From assembly GCF_009914755.1 (NCBI RefSeq), contig NC_060939.1: a DNA stretch of 64,000 bases. One strand, given 5' to 3'. The stretch comes from the human T2T-CHM13v2.0 reference genome, Homo sapiens. Every line of letters begins with the position of its first letter. Positions within the stretch are counted from its first letter, which is position 1. The notes below the pieces were generated by a model, which made no database searches, was not told the DNA's origin, and worked only from the letters and a program-made list of their open reading frames with translations. The position numbers and the translations under genes are program-made. Shown here piece by piece: positions 1 to 13,582 of this stretch.

Positions 1-302
<302 letters not shown>

Positions 303-407
303 TGAATAAGGGAGGACAGCTTTTCAGATGTTTAAAAGTCATTTGTATTTCCTTCCCTGTGAATTGTCTGCTTCTTACCCTTTACCTGTTTCTTTGTCTT
401 TTCTGTT

Positions 408-541
408 AAGAGACAGTCTCATACTGCTGCCCAGGCTTAGTGCATTGGGATGATCATAGTTCACTGCAGCCTGGAACTCCTGGGCTTAAGTGATCCTCCT
501 GTCTCAGCCTCCTGAGTAGCTGGGATTACAGGTGTGAGCCA
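408..541 (-). mobile_element. FLAM/AluJ monomer
   Basis: Single Alu arm with old-subfamily motifs (cactgcagcctggaactcctgggcttaagtgatcctcc). Confidence 0.8.
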
Positions 542-800
542 AGGTGGGGGCCTGGTGATGATCCGTGATGCCTTCTTTTGATTTTTTTTTTCTTATCAAT
601 TTCTAGATGCTATCTATGTGTTAGGGAAATTAGCTGCTTGTGATATGAATTGCAAATAATTTTTTCCCCTTTGTTGTAGACTTTGCTTATGGTAGTGATT
701 GCCATGCCAGAGTTTCTTTGAAGTCAAACTTAGCTGTTTTTTTGTTACCACTTTTTGATTTTGTTGCATACTTAGAAAGGCCTTTCCCATTCCAAGATAC

Positions 801-956
801 TTTTTTTTTTTAAATTTAAAATTTTAAGTTCCCAGATACAAGTACAGAACGTGTAGGTTTGTTACATGGGTATATGTGTGCCATGGTGGTCTGCTGCACC
901 TATCAACCTGTCATCTAGGTTTTAAGCCTCACATGCACTAACTATTTGTCCTAATG
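801..956 (-). mobile_element. L1PA 3' end fragment with poly(T)
   Basis: poly(T) followed by ttttaagttcccagatacaagtacagaacgtgtaggtttgttacatggg, the reverse complement of the primate L1 3' terminus. Confidence 0.85.
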
Positions 957-1047
957 ATTCTTCAAAAATTCTCTGAATACTGGCAGTTGGCTCAAGCTCA
1001 CCAGATTTAGGAGTCCTGAGTGAGGCTGGGGGCAGGCCTGTACCTTT

Positions 1048-1231
<184 letters not shown>

Positions 1232-1489
1232 TAGGCCTATACCTTTCATCTTGTGGACTGAGGACTTCAGCCACTATCACTCCCGGGTGCTGCGATGGGG
1301 TTTAATTTCCAGTGACTGGCCCAGAGCCTGCTCATGGGAAGATCTCAAGGGAGGCTGTTGAAGGAACAGCATGCAACTTACCGGCCCACACACGTTCACA
1401 CAGATGGGGGTGGGGGTTTGAGGAGGTGGGGGGTGTTGTGTGGATCAGCTTCAGGCACAGGTGTCTGGTTTCCTATGGGATGTGACCAC

Positions 1490-1618
1490 ATAACAGTAAG
1501 GCAAGAAGATGACTGCATTTATCTTCTCAGAATCACTTCTTCTTAATTGTTGCTTCCCACTATTGGCATTGGTGAAAGGCTGGGCCACAGGAGGCTGGAT
1601 GAACTTTGTGTTAGCCAG
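1490..1618 (+). other. APBA2: Candidate upstream alternative non-coding exon
   Basis: Strong donor CAG|GTAAGC at 1618/1619 in unique sequence 1.7 kb upstream of the main exon-1 donor; start uncertain (a possible acceptor ttctcag ends at 1530). Confidence 0.4.
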
Positions 1619-2621
1619 GTAAGCAGAATGTCTATGCAGGTGGAAAGTAGACAGTGAAGGTGTGCTCATCTGAGTACGGAGGGGCATAGGTCAGGAACCT
1701 CGTTGGCCTGCCCTGGCCTTTGCCCCTTTGTTTGGCCCTGTGGCTACAAAGCTCCCCTACCAGGAGCAGCCCCCACTGGCGGCTCTGGCCCTGGAAACCT
1801 GTGAATGTTTGGTGGGGGCAGGGTGTGGAGAGGCCAAGTCCACAGTGTATCTAACCCTAGTCCATCTCAGGATTCGGCTTCCCCCAGCCCCTTCTCCTTA
1901 GGGTCTCAGCTCGGGCCCTCAGGGCAGCAGGAAGATGCGCTGTCCTCACTCGCAAGTCCCCCTGCCCTTCTGTGCCTTCTGGCCTGGGCAGAACTTCCCA
2001 TGCCACAGCTTCGCCTAATCCAGCCACAGGAGAAAAGAAAACGAGGGCAAATCACCACGATTTGGGGGGAGGGAGGCCCCTGGGCCCCCGCTCTGCCCAG
2101 ACAAGGCATCCTGTGCATCTCCCATGGCTCATCACATCTGCCTGGGACTCAGTGAAAGGGCCAGAGGGCCAAAGGTGACACCGGAGTCTCCAGCACGACC
2201 TTCGAGGGCCTCCAGGGCATTTCTCGCGCTGTAGGGGCGGAAGACTGGCTCCCCTGGGGATGCATGTGAGTGTCTAGGAGTGTACGCTCCCCAGGGCCCC
2301 GCGGAGGTCAGGGTTCTCTCCATTTAGGACAGCAAGGAGAGAAAGCCCTGGAGTGAGGCCCTGGGGCTGGGGGCTAAAGCAGCACAGAGTATCAGAAACG
2401 GGGTGCTGGGATGGTTACCGGGGACCGCCAGGGAAGACTTGGGAGTCCAGCATGCGCCTAGGGGAGCTGCGGTGGGGAGGCAGCAGGGGGCCTCCTCTGC
2501 CGGATGGGGCCTTCGGAGGCCGCGATCCCCGAGAGTTCTTCGCTCGAGGGTTCTTCGCTCTAGGGTCCCCCATTACAGCTGCGCGGGGCCGAGCAAGCAG
2601 GGCGCGGCGGCCGGGGCAAGG

Positions 2622-2684
2622 TGCGGAGCCTCGCGTTCACCGGCTCTACCTGCGGAGCCTCGCGTTCACTGGCTCTACCTGCGG
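2622..2684. repeat. 29-bp tandem repeat x2.2 in promoter
   Basis: tgcggagcctcgcgttcac[c/t]ggctctacc at 2622-2650 and 2651-2679, plus partial tgcgg. Confidence 0.95.
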
Positions 2685-2979
2685 GACCAGACCCCTGCAG
2701 CTCCCCAGCCAGCACGGCCGGGGCACGCCCGGGAATCTGTGTGCTCCCCAGGGCCCGGGGCGTTCGGGGCGCCGCGCCTTCCAGCGCCTGGGTCCCAGCC
2801 CCGATCCCGGAGACCGGCCCGGGGGGACCCGGGGTCCCGAGTGCACCCTCCTGCCCTGCAGACTGTCCCAGCGCCGGGGCCAGGGGGCGCAGGACCTCGC
2901 GCACGCCCGGCACGGACGCATCTTTGTCTTCCCTCTCTTCACGGCGCGCGATCTAGCCGGGAATCGTTTTCCGGCCCCA

Positions 2980-3283
2980 GTGTGCCCGGCGGGGGTGAGG
3001 CGGAAGCGGCCGGGGCGGGGGCGCAGGCCCGGCAGCCGCAGGCCGGTGCGGGATGCGCCCCGCAGCCGCGCCGCGTGCGCCCGGCAGAGGCGGCCCTGCG
3101 TGCCGTACGCTGCGTCCGGGGCGCGCCCGCCGCTATTCGGGAAGCTATTCAGCTTCCCGGGCTCATTAGCAGTCGCGGTGTGCGGCTCGGCGCGGGCTCA
3201 CAAAGAGCTCGGCCTCGCGGACTGAGCCGGCGGCAGCGGGGCGGGGACGGCGGCGTACCCGGGCAGCCCAGCGCCCTGGCCAG
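2980..3283 (+). other. APBA2: Non-coding first exon (5' UTR); TSS position approximate
   Basis: Consensus donor CCAG|GTAAGC at 3283/3284 inside the CpG island. Gene identity is from recalled APBA2 structure (CpG-island exon 1, ~35 kb intron, 110-nt exon 2), not from alignment. Confidence 0.65.
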
Positions 3284-5914
3284 GTAAGCTGGGGAACCTG
3301 GGCTGCCTGACTTGCCGGCGGCGGCAGCCTGGGGCCGCCCGGGGCGCCGCGAGGACCCGGACGCGTGGGGGGCGGCGCGGAGGTTGCGGCCCGAGCGCTC
3401 CAGAGCGCTGCCCTCCCGACTCAGCGTGGCTGCGGGGCGGCCGCCGCTGGGATATGGGGGTACAGCCCGGCGGCCCCACTCCTCTCTGACCGGCCTCTTC
3501 CCCCTCCCACGACGGGTGGGCGGGCGGGGCGGGGACCAGGCGGCGGCTCTCGCATCCCGCGCGGGGGGCACCGCGGCAAGGGGCCACCCGGCGCGGACAA
3601 GAGGCGCTGTGTGGCGGGGCTGTCCGCTCGACTCCTGCCGGGCTGGCCGGGCTGCTTGGCACCGGCATCAAGTCCCCGTGCCGGGCGGCAACTACTGAGT
3701 TTGGGGTCGCCTCTGGGTTCGCTGCCCCCAGAGAACCCAAGCCCAGATCTTCGCCCCCTTCCCTTTCCCTTTATAATAAGGCCCAGAGGGGAAAACTTAT
3801 CAATTCAAAACCCCACACCCCGTTGCCCCTGGGCTGCAGGTGCCCGGTTGGGGGCACGGCGCGGACCTGCCCCTCGGCCTGGCCCCTTCCCCATGGCAGG
3901 CACTGCCTGGCAAGGCTGCTGGCGGGAGATCTGGCTGCAGATGGTGAAGGAGAACATCGAGGCCCCGGGTCCCCAAGCAGGGCGCCATGGGCCGGGCAGC
4001 GGGCCTCGGTGTGCCCAGGCGGGGAGGGGGCGAACTTCCTTTCTCCGACGCCTGCCGAGGACCGCCGTGGAGAGCAGAGCCTTAGAGGGGCCTGCTAGTC
4101 TTAACTTCGTATTTACTGGCAGAAGGAAGGCTTAATTTTTCAGATCTATTCAGATACGACCTGGCAGGCACCAGACATAAATCTGTGGTTGAGTGCAGTC
4201 AGCTCCTAAATGGGCATGTGGAGGGTGAGGCACCCCGAACTCGGCATCTTGCGTCTGGCACTGTTTTTGGGCTAAACTGCCTCTGGCCTCTTCAACCTCC
4301 TGTGCCTCTTTCTGTTTTTGTTTTTGTTTTATTTTTCTGTTTTCCTTCCTCTTTGAGAAAGGACAGTGATTTTAGAAATAATGACCCGAGAGCTTTGCAG
4401 GTTGAAGTGGGACGAGTTTTCCTAAGGTGCAGGTTGGCAGGTGCCAGGAGCCTGCAGGCGGCTTTTTCTCAGGCCTCTGGGTCAGGGTCCCTCCAATGAG
4501 GTGAGGCAGGGGTTTCTCCTGTGTGTCGCCACTACGCAGGGGACAGGATCTGGGTTTCCCAGTCCGGGGCGTCCAGGATGCCCTGCCCTCTGTGCTGATT
4601 CCTGGGTGACCGTGGGGGCTGCTTCCCCCTGCAGCCTGGGCTGGAGAGGGTCTCCTGAGCTTAGGATCTGCCAGGCAGGAGGGCCAGGGTGACACGGACC
4701 TGGAACGCTGGGGCTCCAGGCAATGTCCAGGGCGTGAGTGGATAAAGCTGGAGCTTGCGGCTGTGTGCCGGCAGCCTTCCCTCGGTGGGCTCTAGCAGCA
4801 CTGTCAGGGGGGCCCTTGGAGTGGGCTCCATGGCCGGGCTGGGACTGGGTGATGGCATTAGCAATGGGGCACTGAGTCTTCCCTCTCATTTGTTAGGAAG
4901 TGTGGTCTGTGCCCCTCCCTACTGCCGGTCTTCTGGGCTCCTGGGATGGGAGGAGCTGCAGGCTGAGTCCCACGGGGTGTGAGTGTGTGTGAGCAGGAGA
5001 GTTGGGTGGGCGCTGGAAGGAGGTGAAACTGGTGACCGTCAGCTCCTCATTCTCTTCCACCTTGCATGTTTTCTCTGACACCCTAGACTCAAGTTGTGGC
5101 CTGCTAGTTAACTTGTTTACAAAACCTTTTTAAGTAGTTCTAACCTCTTTTTTCCAACAAAATGTTAGTTTTACAGGCATAATTGGTGGGGATGGATTGT
5201 GAAATGGAGGTGCATAAATACCTAGTTTGCCAACTGAGCTAAGAAATACTGGATAAAAATAAGAGATAATTGTAAAAGACACTGATCACACCCCTGGAAG
5301 CTGAGAGGGGTGATAAGACACCTTGATTTTTCCTAGACGAAACTGAGGAAGTCAGAGGAAAAACAGTTGATGGTGAGGTTGGCATCAGGCTGGGCTTTGT
5401 TTGGATTGGGCGGCGGTGGCTGTGGTGAGGGCTGTTGGAGTGGGGAGAGTGGGGGTTGAGCCTGGCTTCAGAGACCCCCTCGAGGCCTCAGCTCCTCTCC
5501 GGCGCTCCTGGCTGTCCTCTGCCACGCATACCTGCCCCGGTGACTCAACAGGTGTGGGCCTCAGGTGACACCATGGTCTGAAGTCGTGGAGAAACCTTTA
5601 CTGTCCAGGGGAGGAGAGGACTGGCGGTCGGTGGGGATCGAGACCCAGCACACATCACTGGGTGGCTCGAATGTCTTCGGCAGAGATCACATGCCCTGCC
5701 TTGCAGCCTGGTCCTTAGAGAATGGGGAGAGTGGAGAGAGCTCTGGGCCTGGGTGGCGGGCGGTCCTGGCTGTATCACTCACAGGCTGCGTGCCCTCCCC
5801 ATGCAGTCTCAGTTCCTCACCCTTGCCAGGTGGCTGTGAGGACTGGGAACGTGGAGGCACAGGTAGGATGTAAGGTAGCCACTGACCACCAGGCAGGCCT
5901 CCCCGATGTAGGTC

Positions 5915-6032
5915 AAGTTTGAGACGGTTGCTCACCAGGAGGCAGCCTGTGTGCCCGGTGGGGGCTGGGGGTGAAGTTTGAGAGGGTTGCTCACCAGAAG
6001 GCAGCCTGTGTGCCCAGCGGGGGCTGGGGGTG
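5915..6032. repeat. 59-bp tandem duplication
   Basis: aagtttgaga...gggggtg at 5915-5973 and 5974-6032, 55/59 identical. Confidence 0.95.
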
Positions 6033-6699
6033 CTCTTTGTTCCCTTGGGTGGTGGTTGGCCCGAGTGCCCACAGGGAGGCTTCTCTGGCTCCTTCGTTTC
6101 CCAGAGTTCCTCCCCAACCCCCTGCCGCCCACCGCCTGGGTTGGGTCCAGCTCGTGTCTCAGAGCAGCCTGCTGGCACAGGCTGAGTCAGCTGTCGTGGG
6201 CACCGTCTTTTCTCGCCTCCCCTGAAGCCAATCTTCCCCTCTCTCCCTGTCCAGACACACAAGGGAGCCCCGGGAGGTAGGTGACCTCAAGATCATGCAG
6301 CCAGGCTCACTCTGTGGAACCCTACGTACTGGTGGGGTGCCACTGCTGTGTGCATTGTGATTTCTGTGCTGGCTGTGAGGTTTCCCAGGTTGGGGGCTGT
6401 GGGGTACTCCTGACTCTGCAAGTTGGCCCAGGCCAGGTGTGTCACCATTGCCCAGGCCTTCAGTGGCTTTCCAGTGCTCCCTCCACATCCACGTTACTCG
6501 GCTGGATTTTCTCAAGTTCCCCCACTTGCTCCCAAGAATGGCCCCTCCAGGCTGCCCTGGCTCCAGGCAGACAGGCTTACTGCCCAGATCTGCCCTGGGT
6601 TGTCCGCACCCCATCCCCACCTGTCATCTTGGCGCATGTCCATCCTGGAGATCCCAACTGAATGTGGGCTCTTTCCCTCTTATTCCTTGGTCCTCAGAT

Positions 6700-7050
6700 T
6701 TGCCAGGCCACTCTTGCCTCAGGGCCTTTGCACCTGCTGTTCCCACCCCCTTGGCATGAGCCACCCCCAGATGCTCACATGGCTGGCCCCTCACTTATTG
6801 CCCACTCCCTGAAAGCCCTACATAAATTGGCTTTGTTAACCTTGCTTTGTGTTTCTCTTGTTAACCTTGCTTTGTGTTTCTCCTTAGTACTCACCATTCA
6901 GTGTGTTATTTATTTACTTGTTTGTTTATTGTCAGTCTCTTACCACTCAATTGTAAAAGACTTTGCTCACCTCTGGATCCCCAGTAGCTAGAAAAGTGCC
7001 TGGCACACAGCAGAGCCTTAGCGCTGTTGTTGGATGAGTGAGTGAACGAA
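6700..7050 (+). mobile_element. L2 3' fragment containing a 25-bp tandem duplication (6833-6882)
   Basis: cctcagggcctttgcacctgctgttccc, gtgcctggcacacagcag and terminal gatgagtgagtgaacgaa are L2 hallmarks. Confidence 0.75.
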
Positions 7051-8800
7051 ACACGGGAGCAGTAGTCTCCTTGCAGCACATGTCCTGCTCCCTGTGCCTC
7101 CTTTTCCCGCGTCCCAGAGCTGGAACCTAGCTGTGTTCACATTTGGATCCTCCTGGCATGTAGCACAGACCCTCACTCAGTGGGCAGTCAGGAAAGAGCT
7201 GTAGAATTGTACAGTGCAACGTCAGTTTCACATAGGCCAGAGGAGAATGTGTTTGGGAAGGTAACCAGCCCAAAGAGTGAGCTTTCTGATTCTGCACTAA
7301 GATTCCTTTTTGGATTTTCAGTTGTTTGGGTTCTCTGCACCCAGGCGGTCCCTGCTGCCAAAGTCAGCTCTGTGTCTCCCTGCAGTCACCTCGGATGTGG
7401 ATGCACTTTGGAAGGAGGCACCCCCACGCCCAGATTCCCTTCCCACTCCATCTGGATCTTTCCAAACTTGTCTTGTATGTAATGTCGGACTCTGTCCCAG
7501 GGCTCCCAGCCACTCTGCTTTACCTTCCAGAAGCCTCCGCCTGCCTGACTGTCTCTTGCCTGTGTCCTGGCCTAGTTGGAGGAGATGCTTTAGTTTTATG
7601 AGAAAGGGACTGGGAGGTTGGAAAAGAGGATGGGATTTGGAGTAACAGGAGCTCAGTTCCAGCCTGGCCCTGCCACTAATCCCTGGGGCTCAGGGCCAGT
7701 CACCTGGCTTGAGAGTCTTTCTCAGCATCTGCAATACACGCACGAGGCCTCTTGCCTGCGGTTGTTTTGAGGCACAAATGAGATGCAATATTTAACTGAT
7801 GCAAGATATTTTATGACAGCAAGTCATTTGGTGTGGCCACGTAGCCTTGGGCCTGTGTGGCTTCTCTTACTGTCCTGAGAGTTTTAAGGGTCAGGTTTGT
7901 GAGTTACAGCTACGGCCTAGTGAGAGAATGCAGAGGAGGCACGTCATAAACTCTAAGGGGCTGTTTTAATATAAGGTGCTATGTCTGTTGTTTTGTGTTT
8001 CAAGGATCAAAGTTAAGAGAAAAAAAATATGTGGTTGAACTTCCTGCATTGAGTGACTGAAAATATTTTCATCTCTAGTTTTCTGGAAACGGAAACACTC
8101 CAACATTTGAAGATGGTTTTGATGGCGAAACCACTGGAATGAAATGCACATCATTGGGCAATTCTGTGTGTTGAGTTCCATCCCTCTTTGTTTGTCATTT
8201 GAAATAATTTCCCGACAAATCTGGAAGGCGCGTCTTGTCTTAACTTTGCAACAAGGAGGCTGGGGACAGGTAGCTGAGCTGTGGGTTGCCTAAGAACACT
8301 CTGCTGTGACGGGGCAGTGCTGGCCTTTGAGCCTGAGCTGGAGAGAGTGTGAGGCCCATGTTTTCTCCCTGTCTCCTGCTGGGGCCCATTTTGTATCAGA
8401 TTTGTTTTTCACGGGGTGGGCATGACTAGGACTCGTGACCACTGGTGGGCAAGTACAGAGGCTAATTTTCAACACGTGCTGAGAGACTGATGGCTGGCAT
8501 CAGAGAGTCATGGAAATGCCACAGATGACATGGGCCCTTCACAGGGATGGGGAGAGGGTCTGGGAGCTTGCCCTCCAGGAAGGTGGCTGACATGGTTGGT
8601 GGGACATGAAGGTGTTTTCCGTTTTGCACTTGAAGCCAGCATGGATTCTTAGCACTTGTTGTCCCTAGAATCAACTGCGCAGAGAGATGCTTGGTTCTGA
8701 AACTCTCAGGCAAGGACAGTTCTGAGGAAACTCTCATTAGTAAATAGTGAGTCGGAGAACACTATTGACATTTGGCATTTTCAGTTGAGATATATGTGTA

Positions 8801-9633
<833 letters not shown>

Positions 9634-9634
<1 letters not shown>

Positions 9635-9705
9635 GTGTGTATATGTGTGTGTGTGTGTGTGTATGTGTACGTATATATGTGTGTATGTATGTGTATATAT
9701 ATATA
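9634..9705. repeat. Compound (TG)n/(TA)n microsatellite
   Basis: Directly visible. Confidence 0.9.
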
Positions 9706-12523
9706 AAATTTTTTTTATTTGGTTGGTTTTACATTCCTGGAATTGACTCTCCAGCAGGGCAGCTGTAAATATGAATTCCTCCGAACTGTTGTATGCATTG
9801 TTAATTTAGTAAAGTACAGTTTATGGTTTCCCACCGTTGGTTTAATTGTCAACTGTCTTGGAAAAATCCATTGTTGCAAAAACAGGAAAACCACTAATTG
9901 AGTGAATGCGTGCATTTAGGGATGATGGATTTCTCAGGTCTCTCTGGAAGCAAGTGTGTGCCTTGTGCAAATAAAACATAGTTTCTGTTTCTCAGTCTTT
10001 TGCTGTAATAAGTGAGCCATGTGCTCTAGCATCTGTCTGGATTATCCGGAGCTGGTGGCAGCTGTCACGGGTGTGGTGCAGTGGGGCCAGGCATGTGTTA
10101 GGAACTGGAAGCTCTGGGAAGCCAGGCTTTGCCTCCACGTGTGAGCCAGCTGTAGAGCGTCACTGCTCAGAGTTTGTCTTGACTCATCCCGAGAAGGGCA
10201 CGTGGAGATCTGTGTCCCATTCCTCACCAGCCACTGAGTTACTATGGATGGAGGAGATGAGATGTGTGCAACTGTTCTGCTACAGTAAAGCACTCAGTCA
10301 GTGCAGTCACCAGGTTTAGGGTGTGTGTGTGTTTTACCAACTTGCCTGCTGGGTTTCAGACACCTGGCACTACCTCCAGCCTCTTACTGATTCTGGCTAG
10401 TACTTGTGAAAGCCGTCAGCTGGGTGATGAATGGACCGATTTTGGCCGCAGGTCCCTGCACTTCCCATCTGGCCTGACTGCTAGATTCTGAGCCCCTGAG
10501 GCAGGACTGAGTGGGTCACATTAATGGCTGATTGTCTCGGGAATGGCATTGGGTGAAGTCGAGGTTTTCCTGACCCACAGCTCCTAGTAGAAGTGCCTTT
10601 CTTTTGTGCATGTATTGTGAAGATTCTGCCTGTGAACTTTCTCTACCCTTTGAGTCCTAAGGTTCAGGTACCTGGAGAGGAGCGTGTCATCGTTTTGCAG
10701 GTTGGATGTGCGGTTGTTGGGGAAGACATCTTTGTGCTGTGTTGGGTTGGAAGCTTTGAGAGCAGAAGCCCCTCCAGACCAAGAACTCCTGATTATGTCT
10801 CTCCCTTGGGCTTTCGCAGTTTTCAGCTTCTAAATTAATTGCATTTTATTAAGTAATGGTTTTCTTCTTGATCACAGGCGTGCCTGTGCTTAATCAGCAC
10901 TGACGACTGGTGCTGCTTCAGTTGATTTGATACACCTAGAGGCAGCCTCATCTCCAACTTGCCTTGACTTCGTCTGGGGAGCTGCCGTGGGGGACCCCTG
11001 GACTGGCAGCATTCCCACCCCTCACTTTGGCAACCCTGGTCTAACTCCGTACGTGTTACTCCTTTTATCCGTCACATAGGGTGGCTTAATCTAATAGTGG
11101 AAACAAAGGGGTGCGGGACACTAACATGGTAGGTCTCACCTTGCCTGTCATTCACCTCTCAGTCCTTTGACACTCAGGGACTCTGCAGTGGTAGAACCGG
11201 GGGCAGGTACCCTTCACTTTTCTTACCCCCGAGTCCCTTTGCCTGGAGCTCTGTCCATCCATCCACCCATCTACTCAGTAGGTATTTTCTGAGCAGCTAC
11301 TGTATTCCAGCTTTCTTGTTCCCAGTTTAGAGCTGGGTGGGATCAGGAGGGAGGGCATGGAGGGGGCTGCTGGAGAATGTGCAATGGCATCAGAGCCCCA
11401 TTCTGGCTCTGGGTCCAAGGCCCTCCTAGAGAGGCACAGTCTGGCAGATGTGAGAGCCCCATGGTAGGTTGGGGTGGATCATGGACCCCATCCTATAAGA
11501 GTGGGTGGGTTTACCCCTTCAGAGCCCAGGCCAGAAGAGCCCTCCAGGCAAAGGGCCAGCCTGGAATGGGGCACCCTGGGCACAGGGGGGACTATGTGGT
11601 TTGTGTAGGTTAGAGCTGGAGATGGGGGTTGGAGGGCAGTTGCTGACGATTAGGAGCTTGGTGGCCCTAGAGAGTCCTTGCTGTGGGTTGGGAGCGAAGC
11701 AGATGGGCCAATAACAACGCATAGTTTACCAAGCGAACTCTAGGAGAGTGATTTCTGCAGCTGGCTTCCCTAGCAGACAGGTCAGAGCGTGGGAGAAGGA
11801 CGCCGTTAGGGGCATGTTCAGGGGTGCATCTAGAGGCGAGGGGAGGGTGCGGGGAGGTGCTGGTGGAAGATGCACTGCATGGGGTGGGGAGGGGCTCAGT
11901 AAGAACGCAGGAGGGTGGCGGGGGCAGGTGTCTGGCCAAGGCAGCTCCTGCGTCATTGGGGGGCTCCAGAGCCCGCTCCCTATGTTCTGTAGGAGGCGGC
12001 TGCTGCTGCCAAGTCCCAGCCTTGCTAGTGAGGACGTTTAATTTTACCCTTTAGAGATTTACAGGATTTCTAGATTAACTTGCCCCTGTTTTTCTAAAAG
12101 AACGACAAAATCCATGACAAACCGTTCATCACATTATTAACTGGCTCACCCAGCCTTAACCTGTGCAGCTCCGCCAACTTACCCTCGGCACACAGGGAGG
12201 CCTGGGTCCCCAGGAAGCTCCAGTGTGCAGGGGTGTGGGTGACAGCGCAGGTGTGGCCTCCCTGCTGCTGGCCTCCGGTGGCTGGCCTCAGCCTGGCTGG
12301 GCACGCAGGCTGTCCTTACGGGGCTCCCAGTAGCTTTCTGGTCCTGCGTCAGGAGAGGGGACTGCACAGGGCTTGGGAAAGAGAGCGGGAGCAGCAGTGC
12401 CGCAGGATGATGGGCTCCAGAGGCCTCTGCAGCAGGGGTACTCTGGGGAGACATTCGGGTGCCTCCTGTCCATGGCCTCGATGTGCCAGGGCGCCTGCAG
12501 CTTGGGCCCTCTTCCCCTTTCAG

Positions 12524-12613
12524 GCGGAGGGAGCTGTTCATCCTCTGGGGGCTGCTGGGCCAGAAATATCTCTTACCTGATAATGTCAGGCATCAGAGGT
12601 TCCTGTTTCGTGG
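12524..12613 (+). other. Candidate 90-nt cassette 5' UTR exon
   Basis: Acceptor ctcttcccctttcag| (AG ends 12523) and consensus donor TGG|GTAAGT (12613/12614). Confidence 0.45.
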
Positions 12614-12834
12614 GTAAGTTGCTGTATGTTTTGGGGCTGCAGTCAGTCTGTTTTTCTCACTGGCATGGCATGGGGGTGGGGGGCAGTATTCCCTCCCATG
12701 AGGCCCATGTCCACCTCATTATCTCTGTCTGCTGGGACTGCGCTGGATGCTGGCTGAGGCTGCCTTTGTTACTTTCATGCGCCATAACTGGAAAGGCCTG
12801 CTGCTTGTTAGGCTCCTTAGAATTCTGATTTGAA

Positions 12835-13122
12835 GGCTGGGCACGGTGGTTCATGCGGTAATCCCAGCACTTTGGGAAGCCGAGGAGGGAGGCTCGCTTA
12901 AGCCCAGGAGTTTGAGACCAGCCTGGGTAATGTAAGGAGACCCCATCTCTACAAAAAAATAGAAAAGTTAGTCGGATGTGGTGGCTCACGTGTGTGGTCC
13001 TAGCTACTCGGGAGGCTGAGGTGGGAGGATCCCTTAAGCCCAGGAAGTTGAGGCTGCAGTGAGCTGTGACTGCGTCACTCTACTCCAACCTGGGTGACAG
13101 TGAGAACCTGTCTCAAAAAAAA
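12835..13122 (+). mobile_element. AluJ with TSD
   Basis: J diagnostics (aagcccaggag, gaggtgggaggat, gaggctgcagtgagc); TSD tctgatttgaa at 12824-12834 and 13125-13135. Confidence 0.92.
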
Positions 13123-13245
13123 TATCTGATTTGAAGGAGAGGGAGCTCTATTTGATGCGGGGGTTGGGGGTGGAGAGCACCTCTGTGAGTAGACCTTTCT
13201 GTCATCTTGATGGTTTTAATCAGATATCTAATATTATATTAGTAG

Positions 13246-13582
<337 letters not shown>

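Larger units (their letters stand above)
2400..4100. promoter_or_regulatory. APBA2: CpG island promoter
   Basis: Very GC-rich with dense undepleted CpG; GC boxes (ggggcgggg near 3013, 3238, 3520), ETS-like cggaag at ~3001, CTCF-like ccagggggcgc at 2880-2890; no TATA box seen. Confidence 0.92.

Noticed and set aside
2353-4135. Long ORFs of 290, 294, 256 and 180 aa over the CpG island
   Set aside because: Overlapping in several frames and both strands, Arg/Gly/Pro/Ala-biased with no recognisable domain; expected from stop-codon scarcity at very high GC.
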